DNA of 62,599 bases, counting the filler, from Rhabdomonas costata (taxonomy: Eukaryota): the NCBI GenBank assembly GCA_019059605.1. It is 41 parts of 41 records of this genome, joined end to end, with 100 filler letters (N's around TTAATTAATTAA, not from the genome) between each part and the next. Parts side by side here need not be neighbours in the genome. Positions count along the whole stretch, not along the records: positions 45,883 to 47,311 come from JAHMHO010016184.1; positions 47,412 to 48,840 come from JAHMHO010016185.1; positions 48,941 to 50,369 come from JAHMHO010016186.1; positions 50,470 to 51,898 come from JAHMHO010016187.1; positions 51,999 to 53,427 come from JAHMHO010016188.1; positions 53,528 to 54,953 come from JAHMHO010016189.1; positions 55,054 to 56,482 come from JAHMHO010016190.1; positions 56,583 to 58,011 come from JAHMHO010016191.1; 33 more parts are not named here. One strand, given 5' to 3'. Below, in pieces: positions 47,210 through 58,669 of this stretch (position 1 is its first letter; each line of letters starts with the position of its first letter). A program made the translations under genes and the position numbers. The notes below the pieces were generated by a model that ran no database searches, was not told the origin of the DNA, and saw only the letters and a program-made list of their open reading frames with translations.

Positions 47210-48942
47210 CTGGGTGTGAAAACATATGTATGGAATGAAGGAGGAGGGGAGATGCGGAAATTTACGTTTTGACATCTTTCGGCTCCGTCGCCCCCCTCCG
47301 TCCACAAAACCNNNNNNNNNNNNNNNNNNNNNNNNNNNNNNNNNNNNNNNNNNNNTTAATTAATTAANNNNNNNNNNNNNNNNNNNNNNNNNNNNNNNNN
47401 NNNNNNNNNNNGGGGTTTTCGGTCTTCTTTTTATCAGTTATATCTGCCTGCCAAGCAGTCCGGCGCGGTGTCCTTGGGCCCCTGGGGTTCAGAATTCACT
47501 GTAACTTTATTGATCTCAGCGCAACACCCGCGAAGATCGCATTTGATACTAGAAGGGACGGTGCGCATGGGCCCGCATACACATTTTCACCTTCAGAATC
47601 CCCATACTCCCTTACTTCCATCCCGCTGTTGCTGGTTCTCGCAGCTGGCCTCGTGGGAGCAGGCTCTGCACCGCTTCGATCGGGAGGCCGCTGCCGCCTC
47701 CGAAGGAAAGAAGGTCCACTTGCCACCCTTGCGCCTCATTGCTCTGTGCAAATGCCACCCGCTTTTCTGCTCGAGCACTCCTCATAGAAAAGCGTGCGCT
47801 TGCAATTGCCATTGCCATTTCACACATTACACATCCACACACACATCGCATCATGTCTTCTCCGCACACGCAGCCAGGCGTACGTTCGTTTTCTCCCCAT
47901 ACTCACCTCATCAATTTGCCCCCTACCCCGTGGCAGTGCATTAGGTTCAATGTTTTTTTTTCAGCATCACCCCTCCCAACTTCATTGAACAAAGTCACTC
48001 CGCCCATTTTTTCTCCTTCTTGTTCACTCGAGGGGCATTTTCCCCGCAAACCCTTTTTTGCCTTTTTCGTTTTGCTTGCCTTCTTTCCCCAGCGACTACC
48101 GTGTTTGAAAGTAGGCAGGGCGATCACTGCGGTGGCTTGGCGAACACAGCAACCGGCGGGTGTCCGACACACTCCACATCTTCCCTCGCTGCACTCTGTC
48201 TGCAGGAAGACACGGAGGAGACCTTGGCCAGGAGACCTTCTCCCGTGAGGCCCATCGACCTGCAGGGCATTGGAGGAAGCGGAACGTGGGTCAATGCAGG
48301 TGCCCGCCTCCCCCCTCGCCCACCCTTGTGGGCTGTTTCCACAAGACACCACAGGGCGCTATTTTGAAGTGTTGAGCTCGGTGAGCAGCCCCTCGGGGAC
48401 ACAGGAGCTCACCCGGAGCAACGGGATGAATTGAGCAGACGGGGGTGCAAACAAGATACCAAAGCCAAAGTTGCGGGGGTTGGACGCATTCCACTGCACT
48501 GACTTTAATGGAGAGTTTAAATGATCGTCTCGGGGGGGGGTGCGTCTGCTGGGGGTACAGTTTGAAATGCACACAAGCACACTGATCCACCCACAAACAC
48601 CACATAACGATCCCATTCTGTGACGGCTTTCCGCTTCAGATTGTACAGTATGGGTCCCGAGGTCCGGAATGCTCCGTCTTCCCTTCCGGACCCCAACAAA
48701 GAGGCGGTCACAAATTCTGCAGCATAGTGATCGTCCATTTTGACCTGAAGTGTGTCGGTCTTTAAAAAACCCCGTTGATTAACTGTGACTTATGGCTCTC
48801 GTCTCTGACGTTCACCCGCCCACCACACACACCCACCACANNNNNNNNNNNNNNNNNNNNNNNNNNNNNNNNNNNNNNNNNNNNTTAATTAATTAANNNN
48901 NNNNNNNNNNNNNNNNNNNNNNNNNNNNNNNNNNNNNNNNTT

Positions 48943-49570
48943 TTGAATTTTTCGATTGAGCAGGCCATCGATCCTGGCCTCATCAGCAGGATGCTTCTTT
49001 TGTTCCATCTGCCGACGGATACCCCGATTGAAGAAAGGCCGCTAAAGCCATTGAAAAGGGCGTGCAGCAGTGCGACGAAGGAATTCCGTGGCAAGCGAAG
49101 ATCATCCACGGGCTTTTAAACCAGATGTTTTTTGTTTTGCCACGGTCGGTAGGCAAACAAGATATTGCAGCAAACAAGCTCGGCATTCTGCTTGCCTACA
49201 TAACGAGACAGGTCATGGGAGGATTGTGTAAGGGAAACCCATACCTGTTCCAAATACTGAACCTGTCGACCGCAAGAACAGGTACCATGTTCAGTCAGAG
49301 TCGAGCGTCTGCAGGGCAAAGGAGTATACGGAGATGTGGAAAACAGCCATCGATTTGACTGGTGGGAACATTTTCGCTGTTGCTGGTCTGGAAACGTCTG
49401 TCTGATCCTTATCGATGCACGGCGCGGTGCCCCCACTCAATCATCTTTGGGAAGTCCATTGGGCGGAGGCTCGCCAAGGAGGAGCACGTCATCTTCTCAG
49501 GTCACCAAAAGATCCTTTCGCAAGCGATCGTCACTGCAGTGGTCCTGTTGAACTTCACCACTGCTAGTAC
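48943..49570 (+). pseudogene. Decayed intronless ORF with a possible AAA+/MCM-like arginine-finger segment
   Basis: LNFSIEQAIDPGLISRMLLLFHLP resembles the AAA+/MCM 'N....P.L.SRF.L.F.L' segment; protein-like sequence continues across frameshifts. Confidence 0.25.
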
Positions 49571-51622
49571 TTGAAAACCCTGAAAAGACCATCTCACGTG
49601 TTCAATCGAATTGACCTTGGTGAGAAACTGCGCCAAATTTACGTTGTACCAAACGGCTAAATGGTGACCATTTGGTCAACATGCATCATTGTTTTTTCTT
49701 ATATTGGGGCACAGGAAAACCGCAAGAAGGAGAAACTGCTGGAGGGATGCTGAGGAGGTTGACGCGCAAGATGACAACGGGTCCAAAAAAGCTGGACTTC
49801 GGAAGTTCGACGATGCTCTCAGCCAATCTTTGGCATTTTTGCGCCATATTTGGAGAAAAGAAGTATAAATGAGAAGGACAAGGACAAGGAATCGTATGCT
49901 CGTCATATTGGAAAGCGGTTGTTATGAAACCTCCAGAGGAGTACAAGGATAAGGGGAAGGGGAACAAAAGAAGAGAGGAAGAGAGAGAGAAAGCGAGAGA
50001 ACCTGGAACGACTGCTGCGCTGCGCTGTGCTGCTGTGTGTTTTCGGACGCTGAACGAAACAGATTGCAGATGTCGGCAGCCGATTGCAGGTCTCAAATAT
50101 AGGCAAGCGATTGCAGATTTTGTTGTTGGCAACCGATTGCTGCTGTGGACCAATATTGCCAGAACCCTTTAGATAATAATGGTTCTTTGGGTCAATATTG
50201 TTTCTGTTCTTCTGATTTTGTATATGCTCATTACAATAGTAGTTTCTGGGTTCTGGCTGTTTTCATAGATGTTATGGTTAGTACATTGGGTGTCTTACCC
50301 AACACTTCCACCCCATACACATGCAGGTCATAGTACTTGTATGATTTACCATTGCCGAGTATGTAGCTGNNNNNNNNNNNNNNNNNNNNNNNNNNNNNNN
50401 NNNNNNNNNNNNNTTAATTAATTAANNNNNNNNNNNNNNNNNNNNNNNNNNNNNNNNNNNNNNNNNNNNGGGGTTGGGTGGTCAAGTCCCCACAAAAAAA
50501 TTGAAGTAAATTTCACGGTTGACATCCTACGATGGAACACCTGCGTACCACGAGGAGAGATGCGGTGGCGCGTTCTCCATGAGCTCCAGCTCTTATCCTC
50601 AGACAATCTTTGGATGCAGTTGGATCCAATGAAAAATTGGGCCGTTTGGGATTCAAAGTTGACGCCAACGTAGTCCTTATGAGCTCTGGGGTATGGCTGG
50701 GTGGAATGCAGGCACCTCTTACCCATTCGGGCGAGCTACAGCCGCTCCCGGGGGTTCGGGCGACGTGTCCCCCCGCCCTCCTCCGTGCAATTTGTGGCGT
50801 CCCGGCTGCGCTCCTCTGCGGCCACACACCAGCCTGCGTTCACAAAGCGAGAGCTGCAGTGCCCACGGCAGAGCTACTGGCAGAGTACAGCCGCGTGCGA
50901 GATGGAGGTCCACTTGCCGGAGTAAGGCCCGACTCTGTGGCCCTTTATGGCTTTGAAAGGCTTTTACCTCGCTGAGGATTGCACGCGGCAGCCAAACTTT
51001 GGCGGAACAGCTGCTCTCCCGCGACACAACGGTCCGCTGCACGATGCGGCCACTGAAGTGGAAAGGATGCGTATACGCGTCCGTGCACTATGTCGCACAA
51101 CATTTTTTTGGGTTCTTGATTGACGGAATTTTATGTGCTTTTTCAGCCCTTCACTCACGATCAACTCGCTAGTTCGTTTGGAATACCAGGAAACAGAGCT
51201 GCCGTATGGGCAATTATTTGGGAGCAGAGAGAAGGGGGTTGTGGGGTGTCGGATCATTCGCACCCTTGTATGACGTGGGACTATCGTCCCATTTCCGACC
51301 GAATTTCCCGTAGAATTATGTTTTTCCATCCTGCTTTTTCCATTCTGCTGCTTGACTGAAGTTTTTCATTTTACGCGGAAAAACTGTCCTGCACACTGCT
51401 CTTCACATCGCGAAAAAGGACTCAGCCTGTACTTATCGCTACCCTCTTGACCAGCACTTCCCAAAACCCCTTGGTTAACCTGTCGTCATGGCTGCCCACT
51501 ATCACTCCCGAAGCCAGTAACCGAAAAACCTCACAACGCCAATACACTGCCTGAATTCACTTTCCTGTATATACATATATAGACCTTCCTACATATATAG
51601 ACTTTCCTGTATATATACATAT

Positions 51623-51883
51623 ATGTTACCAAATTATTATATTGCTAATATTTCAGTTTTTGATAAAAACGGAAATCCTAAAGCAGTAGGTCTACAATAC
51701 TTACAATTTATATGTGAACAAGATTGGTTCAGACATAAAGAACAAGTGAAACGAGTTATAGATCAAATAGCAATTAATACAGATGTTGATAAAGATGTGC
51801 AACAGAACACAAAGAAACAAAAAACACCAAAAGCAAAGGCTGTTTCTATTTCTGTTGAAAATAAAGTTGTTGATTTTCAATAA
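51623..51883 (+). CDS. AT-rich 86-aa orphan ORF in a compositionally foreign segment
   Basis: Abrupt switch to AT-rich DNA at about 51560; A/T-ending codons unlike host genes; ATG..TAA open frame. Confidence 0.5.
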   Translation: MLPNYYIANISVFDKNGNPKAVGLQYLQFICEQDWFRHKEQVKRVIDQIAINTDVDKDVQQNTKKQKTPKAKAVSISVENKVVDFQ

Positions 51884-52564
51884 AATAATTTTGATGTANN
51901 NNNNNNNNNNNNNNNNNNNNNNNNNNNNNNNNNNNNNNNNNNTTAATTAATTAANNNNNNNNNNNNNNNNNNNNNNNNNNNNNNNNNNNNNNNNNNNNGG
52001 AAATCAAGGGACCGTAATCATCGTGCTGAAGACAATGGCAATTGTGCAGGGTCTGACGATTGCAGGCTGAAGTGCCTCACATACGTTCTTATGAGTATTG
52101 GGGTGTAACTATTCTTGCCAAACCAGGAACCAAAGGGTCAGAGTACACCATCGGGAACCTGCATCAATCTGGAGCACTATGCGTCACATATGATTGCAAA
52201 GTACGGTACACCGTAAACTCAGAACCACAGAATGCTTGGGTTGTTCGGCTGTTTTATGCTTATATTTTTGGGGGTCCTCAGGACGTTTGCTTACCTCTGC
52301 TTTAGATATCTGATTGAGAAAGTAAAGATGAAAAGAATGGTCCCAGGACTTTTCTTTTGCGCCTTCTCTCAAAACTGTCATTGAGCAGTTGGCGCAGAGT
52401 GTGTATTGGCGGGTGCCATCCTGTCTCACAAACAGGTTGTCATACTTCTAACCCTTCTAACGTCGCTATTTTGAAGTAACCCGTAAGTATCTGTCTTCAT
52501 TATTGCACGCCTGCTCCCGACACGCGCACACGCGCGCGAATGTTGCCCGTTTCCTCTTGTGCAG

Positions 52565-53216
52565 CCTGAGATTCACCGCAAGGCCGTCGCTCTGAATGCC
52601 GAACTAGCTGTGATGCAGGTGTTGCTCTCCCTTCATTTCTTGAACGATGAGCTTTCCAGTCGAGGCGAGGAGTTCTGAGGCGGTACGGGTTGTGGCATCA
52701 ATTACGTCTTGCGCCTGCTGACTCCCTGAGGTACACCCTATGTGCAATCCATTGTCCACAAGTGTCTGGGCAAGCACTATGCCATTGGTGATTCGGGTTT
52801 ACCGAATGCGCGAATTGCTCCATTCTCACTCACGTACTCTTGAACGCTGTACATAATGCTGGAATCCTTTTTCTTTCGGCAGATGCAGGCGGGGAAGCTC
52901 GTTGAGGCCGAGCTCTTATTGACGGATGTGCTTCAGCAGTGGACGGATCTCGAGGACCTTCCAAACAGGGTCCTTACTGTGCTGAACCTGGGAAAGCTGC
53001 GAATGTTGCAGGCTGCAGCCGAGCAGGCCAGAGTGGCTGCAGGAAACCCTTCGCCGTCTTCACAGTCTGCGAGCACGACTGAGGAGCCCTTTCCGAGGAT
53101 TGGGAACATGAGTGTCTCAGAAGAGGGCCTGCGGTACGCTGCAGTAGAGTGGTTCAAGCAGGCCTCAGACTTGCTTCAGACGAGCGCACAGGAGCTTGGA
53201 TCTGCGGAAGCGGGAG
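52565..53216 (+). CDS. TPR-like helical protein fragment (2 exons)
   Basis: Exons 52565-52618 and 52883-53216: MQAGKLVEAELLLTDVLQQW...VLTVLNLGKLRMLQA...AVEWFKQASDLL. Confidence 0.55.
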
Positions 53217-54241
53217 GTTTGCTTTTGCGGTTGCAGTAAGCGAATAAGAAGTGCGGTTTATGTGAACGGTGGCAAGAATCAAGAAGGGATAATTTGACTG
53301 CCAGCCTTTTTCCTTGCATTAAACTCGTTACTGGATGACATTGGTCAAACGCCCCACATTGTTATCATGCGACGTCGTTTTGAGCTGACAACTCGCAAAC
53401 ATTATACCCCACCCTTCCCCACCAATANNNNNNNNNNNNNNNNNNNNNNNNNNNNNNNNNNNNNNNNNNNNTTAATTAATTAANNNNNNNNNNNNNNNNN
53501 NNNNNNNNNNNNNNNNNNNNNNNNNNNGTGGTGGGTGTGTTTGGGTTGTTTTTGCACTCATTACGCTCTGCATTGATATTAAATTTGCTGCGCTGACAGC
53601 ACGGGGGGCAACGCGGCGTAACATCGTGATGGAAGCCCTCTCGATTCACGTGAGGAGTGAGGAATATCTGAGCAAAATGAAATATTGGGGGCCCAGACAC
53701 TACGCGCTTCAGCAGACCTGCGGTCTTTTTGCAGAAATGTTGGATGACAGAGATGGTAATGCTCGCTTGGAAGGTATCGCGCAGCATGCTGGCGCACTCC
53801 GCTTCCATCATGGAACGCTCGCTCCGGCCGCGGACCAGGCCGCCTCACGGAGGACACACCCTTCGTCAGACAAAAGCAGGAACATGATTCAACCAAACGT
53901 CGAACTGACAAGGAAAAAGATTCCAGTTAGCGCTGGGCAGTTTGTGAATTTTTGTGAATTTTCTGTAATGACGTTTGACAGGTTTGATTTTGATAATTTA
54001 CAATATATACCTTTGGAAACAAATGATTTCAATTTAAATACCTTCTCTCATCATCCACCGTGCTGTTTCGTTAGGAAAACATGAATCAGTCGATCAGTTT
54101 TGATAAGTAGGATGGCAACTTATTGAGGTGGTTGAGGAGGAATTTCTTCTGCGCGACCGCATGTGACTCATTTGCTCGTTAATTCCTCTCTCTCTCTCTC
54201 TCATTGTTGTGGAGTATTGTCCTCTTGACGTTATCCCTCAG

Positions 54242-54579
54242 GAGTGAGCCCGGCCCAGTGCGCCAGAAGGAACTGCTTCCCTGCTGGTAGGACATACCGG
54301 CAGCGGCTGCTTTCTGCAGTGCGGGGGTACTCCAATGCCACCGTGATTGGGTTCTATTTGTGGCGCAGCCTGATCTCCTCCAAGCTGTACCAGTGGGTTG
54401 AGGATCCCGAGCTGGACTACATTCGGGTTCGACGCTCGCTGCTGTACTCTAAGCCCGTGTGGTATCGTGCCCAGCGCGTGGTGCGGCAGAAGCTGCCACG
54501 GCCGTTTGTGGCGATGCACCTGCGCCGCGGAGATCAGCTGGTGAAAGGCCTCAGCGACCCGTTCCATTCATTGTCTAGC
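54242..54579 (+). CDS. GDP-fucose-dependent (O-fucosyltransferase-like) glycosyltransferase exon
   Basis: VRRSLLYSKPVWYRAQRVVRQKLPRPFVAMHLRRGD carries the H-x-R-R-x-D GDP-fucose-binding motif preceded by the POFUT-like RRS..F/Y helix; AG/GTATGC-bounded. Confidence 0.75.
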
Positions 54580-55759
54580 GTATGCGCCTGCCTGCGGACT
54601 TCTTCTGTTCTTTTGCTGCTCGTTGTGGTTCTTCGTGATGCCGTTCGATGGACCCACCGACACACCTAGGTAGGATCCACACCTATTCCAGAACCCCCAG
54701 GAGCATCAGCACCTGACCCACCCCAAAGGTCCGGATGGCGTTGTGGATGGGTGCTGTTTGATGGTAATGATGATGGTGATGATGATGATGTTGTTCTTGT
54801 TCGCGGGCCAGCAAATTCTTTTTCTTGAAATAGTCTCTCTTTGCAAGCTTTGCTAGTGCGAAGTGACGAGATTCAATCAATTCGCCCTGCCCTTTCATTT
54901 GAAATAGCCAGCAATACAGATACAGAAGGTAACCAAGGGCGAGCGGAGTCATGNNNNNNNNNNNNNNNNNNNNNNNNNNNNNNNNNNNNNNNNNNNNTTA
55001 ATTAATTAANNNNNNNNNNNNNNNNNNNNNNNNNNNNNNNNNNNNNNNNNNNNTCTGTCAAAGCTATTACTACCGGTAACTCGTCACCTCAACACTGCGG
55101 TACGTGTATTACTCGGGCGATATGGCTTGAGTGACGTTGCATCACGGGTCACCAAATCACCATGAACCCAGAGTGCTTTGGAAGATAGCTGGGGCAGGCC
55201 GTCATGCGGCAAGTCAAGGAAGCACAATATCATCAAATCCGCGTTAGGATTAGGCGAGGTTTCTCCTCATATATCGTGCTAGCCTGCGCGCCGCCAAAAG
55301 GCACCGCTGTTGCGCTGTTGGTGTCGCCATACACATTAGGGTGTGCAGGTTGGCTATCCGCTCTGTGTAGCCAACTCACCGCAACTCCCACAACAGCCGC
55401 CTAGTTCAGGAGACCCGTGTTAACAGCTGAGCCATCGAATTCATGCCTCACACCATCTGCCTCATTCTCCTTCCAAATCCTATTCCACTTCTCTTGTTCC
55501 GCCGTGAAGTGTCTTCCATTTATCCTGCTGCAATATGACGCCTAGCTCTTTGAGGGACCTCGCACTTTCGAACCTTGAACTGGACTCATGGCCAGGTTTA
55601 CTGATAATTACTTGCTTTAAAAAAGACAATGACAACAACAAACAAACAGCGTCAGAAGGAAACGAAAACGTAAAAGCTTGCAAAATGAAAGCAATGTGCA
55701 CGAAAGGAATGGGAAATATTCTCAACAATTCATTGGCCTATTTTTTCGGGTCAAACACG

Positions 55760-56080
55760 GCATTTTTGTGGTGGGGGTTTTGGTATAGCAAAAGGGGGTT
55801 TCCAATTAGATTGCTTTTGTTTTGGTCTAATGCGGGAGCGAATTTCAAAGCAAGTCGGTTAGGTCAAGTGACCAATTGGTCCGGGTGGTGGAAGCGGTGC
55901 CAAAGGAAACCAAAAGCAGGAAGAAAAGCACGAAAAGAAAGGAATGTTGTGTATACAGTAGCAGTGGTCAGGGGAATGGCCGGAAAGGTCATTTTTGTCA
56001 AAAGGGAATTTTGTTAGGGGAAATGTGGGTGAAAGTATGTGTCATGTGAGTATGTGTTTACTGGAAAGGAGTGATCATTG
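55760..56080 (-). mobile_element. Second, diverged remnant of the CRE-like element family
   Basis: Collinear DNA similarity with about 29593-29920 (e.g. GGGTTTCCAATTAGATT, GTTTTGGTCTAA, GAAACCAAAAGCAGGA, GGAAATGTGG.TGAAAG.ATGTG). Confidence 0.7.
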
Positions 56081-57617
56081 GTCGGTTTCTGACATTATAA
56101 GGACCGTGGCGCACACACCCCTAGGGGTGCCCGCATTCACCCTTCCACCATTCCACCTTGCAGGACGGCAGGCTTTTCCGTCACATGCCCCCCCATTGGT
56201 ATATTCTGGCAAAATATTCTCCCCGAGTTTTGCTCATTTAGTTAGCATCCATTTTCATTGACACCAATTCATTTTTTTCCTTTTTTGGAAATCCCCAATG
56301 GTTCAGCGAGCCGCTTTTGAGGCGCCGTCTATGAAAAAAAACGTAAAGTCTAAGCTGGCGTAAGCCTTGGGCCCGCGCGCATAGAGCCGGGCGAGCGGGA
56401 AAGTTGGTCGATTGCTGACTCCAGGTCGTGTCCGCAAGCATTTATGCACAAATGGTTTTGAATTGGAGTCAACAACCCACCCNNNNNNNNNNNNNNNNNN
56501 NNNNNNNNNNNNNNNNNNNNNNNNNNTTAATTAATTAANNNNNNNNNNNNNNNNNNNNNNNNNNNNNNNNNNNNNNNNNNNNTTGTTTTTGGATGAAGGC
56601 CTCATGTGGCGTGTAGTGTCTGCATTCCTTCACCCTTGGCCCACATTTTCCTTGCGAGTTTCCTGACGGTTTTGGAACGTAATATGTTGGGTTCTGGTCA
56701 ACGGCGCTTTGATCGTGCGTAGTGTGGTTGGTTCGAATTGTGTTGATTGGTGGGGGATGGTGTCAGGTTGTTTTCCAAGTGGGTGTGGTTGCATGAATTA
56801 CCGGTGTGCATGTGTGGGTGCTGCATTTTGCGGGTACTCAGCGTGGTTGGATGTTTCGTGTGGGTTGGCGCTGGAGTTGGTGTTGGGGGTTTCGGATGCT
56901 GAGGTTGGGTGCATGGGTTCGGGGATGGGTGTCAGTTAGGATGTTTCGTGGTTGGTGCAGTTGGTGTGGTTAGGAGTGGCTCATGTGTCGGCTGTAGTTG
57001 TGGGGTGCGGTGTTGGTGAGGCTTGGACGGTGTTGGGTGGAATAGGGCTGGCGTTTCGGTATACGTTGCTGGATGATTGGACCCCAAGAACTACCGCAAC
57101 CCCAACCCACCCACGCTCTACACCGAACCCCCAGCACAACAAATCCACCCAACACCAAAGCACCACCAGCACCACCTAGGACGACACAATACTCTTTGAA
57201 CGAAATCAACCCCCATGACAAACCCGCCAACACTTGGCAGATCACAAACCTAACGACAACAGCAACAGCAACAACGGTCTAGTAGGAATCACAGCTCTCG
57301 CATGTGAGTCTCACACAAGTTGCAAGCGTAAAGGTGAATGTCTCGGGGCACCCGCAGAGAGGTGGTTTGACGCAACATTTCAGATAGTTATGGTAGTCTC
57401 TAAAGCTTCCACGGTATCCACGCGGGACAACACGAATGACGTCTAAATCCGCACCCCAACATCAAACACCCACCCCCGGTTAAGTTTGTTAAATGGCCCC
57501 ATAGCAACGCTATAAAAGTTTTAATTTCAAAACGCAAAAATTTTTATGGCGGTGTTATAAATTTTTTATGGCCGTGATATAATAATTTTCCAAAATCAAA
57601 ATCCCTTTGTAAACAGT

Positions 57618-57715
57618 GGGCGTGCTCGCCTGGGGTACTCTTGCCCCAAGCTCAGCACCGGCGAAAACAAAAGAAAAAAATAGAGCGACCCGGAGGGAGA
57701 CCCTTCAGCCACCCC
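57618..57715 (-). repeat. Copy of the interspersed repeat at 30795-30886
   Basis: Reverse complement shares TCCGGGTCGCTCTATTTTTT and GTGCTGA.CTTGGGGCAAGAGTACCCCAG.CGAGCACGCCC. Confidence 0.85.
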
Positions 57716-58354
57716 CACGCGCGATAGGCAACGGAGGAGTAAGTCTGGTAGAAGGCCGCTGAGAGACAGTCGATCAAGGTTGCTCAGGTGTACAAACTGC
57801 GCTGAGGCTGAGTGGCATAGGGTGTGCCGTTGACGTAAACCACAGGTTGGCACACGCTACATCGCCCTATGCGACCAGATGACACCACACTACAACCTAT
57901 GGTGTGTATGACCAACCTATGGTGTATTGCCATAGTACTTGAAAAGTGCCCAGTGTGTTTGAGTCGTCGGCTGTTTTGCATTTTTCGAGGAAGTACAAAA
58001 TTACCAACACCNNNNNNNNNNNNNNNNNNNNNNNNNNNNNNNNNNNNNNNNNNNNTTAATTAATTAANNNNNNNNNNNNNNNNNNNNNNNNNNNNNNNNN
58101 NNNNNNNNNNNGTTTGTTGGTTTGTTCTTTTTTCTTAGTTCTAACAGGAAAGGTTATGCCCATTCGTTCAATGCTTCTTTGCTCAGCAATAAGGCCGCAT
58201 GTGGTTGTGAGGCTTTGAATGTTTTGTGAAGTGTATGTGTGGAGGATAAGAAAGCGTCGTGTTTTTCCGTGCTTTCCAGATCTTCTCACCATTTCTGTGT
58301 TCCTTCGAGTGTCCCACAATCGTTGCGAGGTGAGGTGAGGCGAGGTGAGAGGAG

Positions 58355-58647
58355 ATGCCGGAGGTGACGATCGACGCGTACGCTGACTTTGCTTGTCCAT
58401 GGTGCTACGTGGGCAAGCGCAGGCTGGACAATGCTCTGAAGCAGCTGTCCTGCCTGACTGTCCACGTGCGGTGGCATCCTTACATGATTGACCCGGGCAC
58501 CAAGAAGGCTGGCGAGGAGTACATGGCGTACAACCGCCGGCGGTGGGGCGGCGACGGGTGGACCCACAGCATGCGGTCCGAGGCCAAGGCGGACGGGATT
58601 GCGTTCGCGGACTGGAAGTGGTGGCCTAACACTGTCAATGCCCATCG
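58355..58647 (+). CDS. DsbA/FrnE-like thioredoxin-fold oxidoreductase, first exon
   Basis: MPEVTIDAYADFACPWCYVGKRRLDNAL...VRWHPYMIDP...PNTVNAHR is the FrnE-type D..CPWC..G..RL and PNT..AHR signature; donor GTGTGT at 58648. Confidence 0.92.
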
Positions 58648-58669
58648 GTGTGTGTGTATGTGTGTGACC

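Noticed and set aside
54683-54952. Poly-His ORF on the minus strand
   Set aside because: The His run is a (GAT) microsatellite in the probable intron of the fucosyltransferase; no other support.
55735-55748. Other short ATTTTTTCG matches to the SL 3' end (also about 25309 and 46276)
   Set aside because: Too short and T-rich, and they lack the GAGTGT core; expected by chance.
58390-58410. Possible selenoprotein form of the DsbA/FrnE gene
   Set aside because: Both CPWC cysteines are encoded by TGT/TGC; there is no in-frame TGA.
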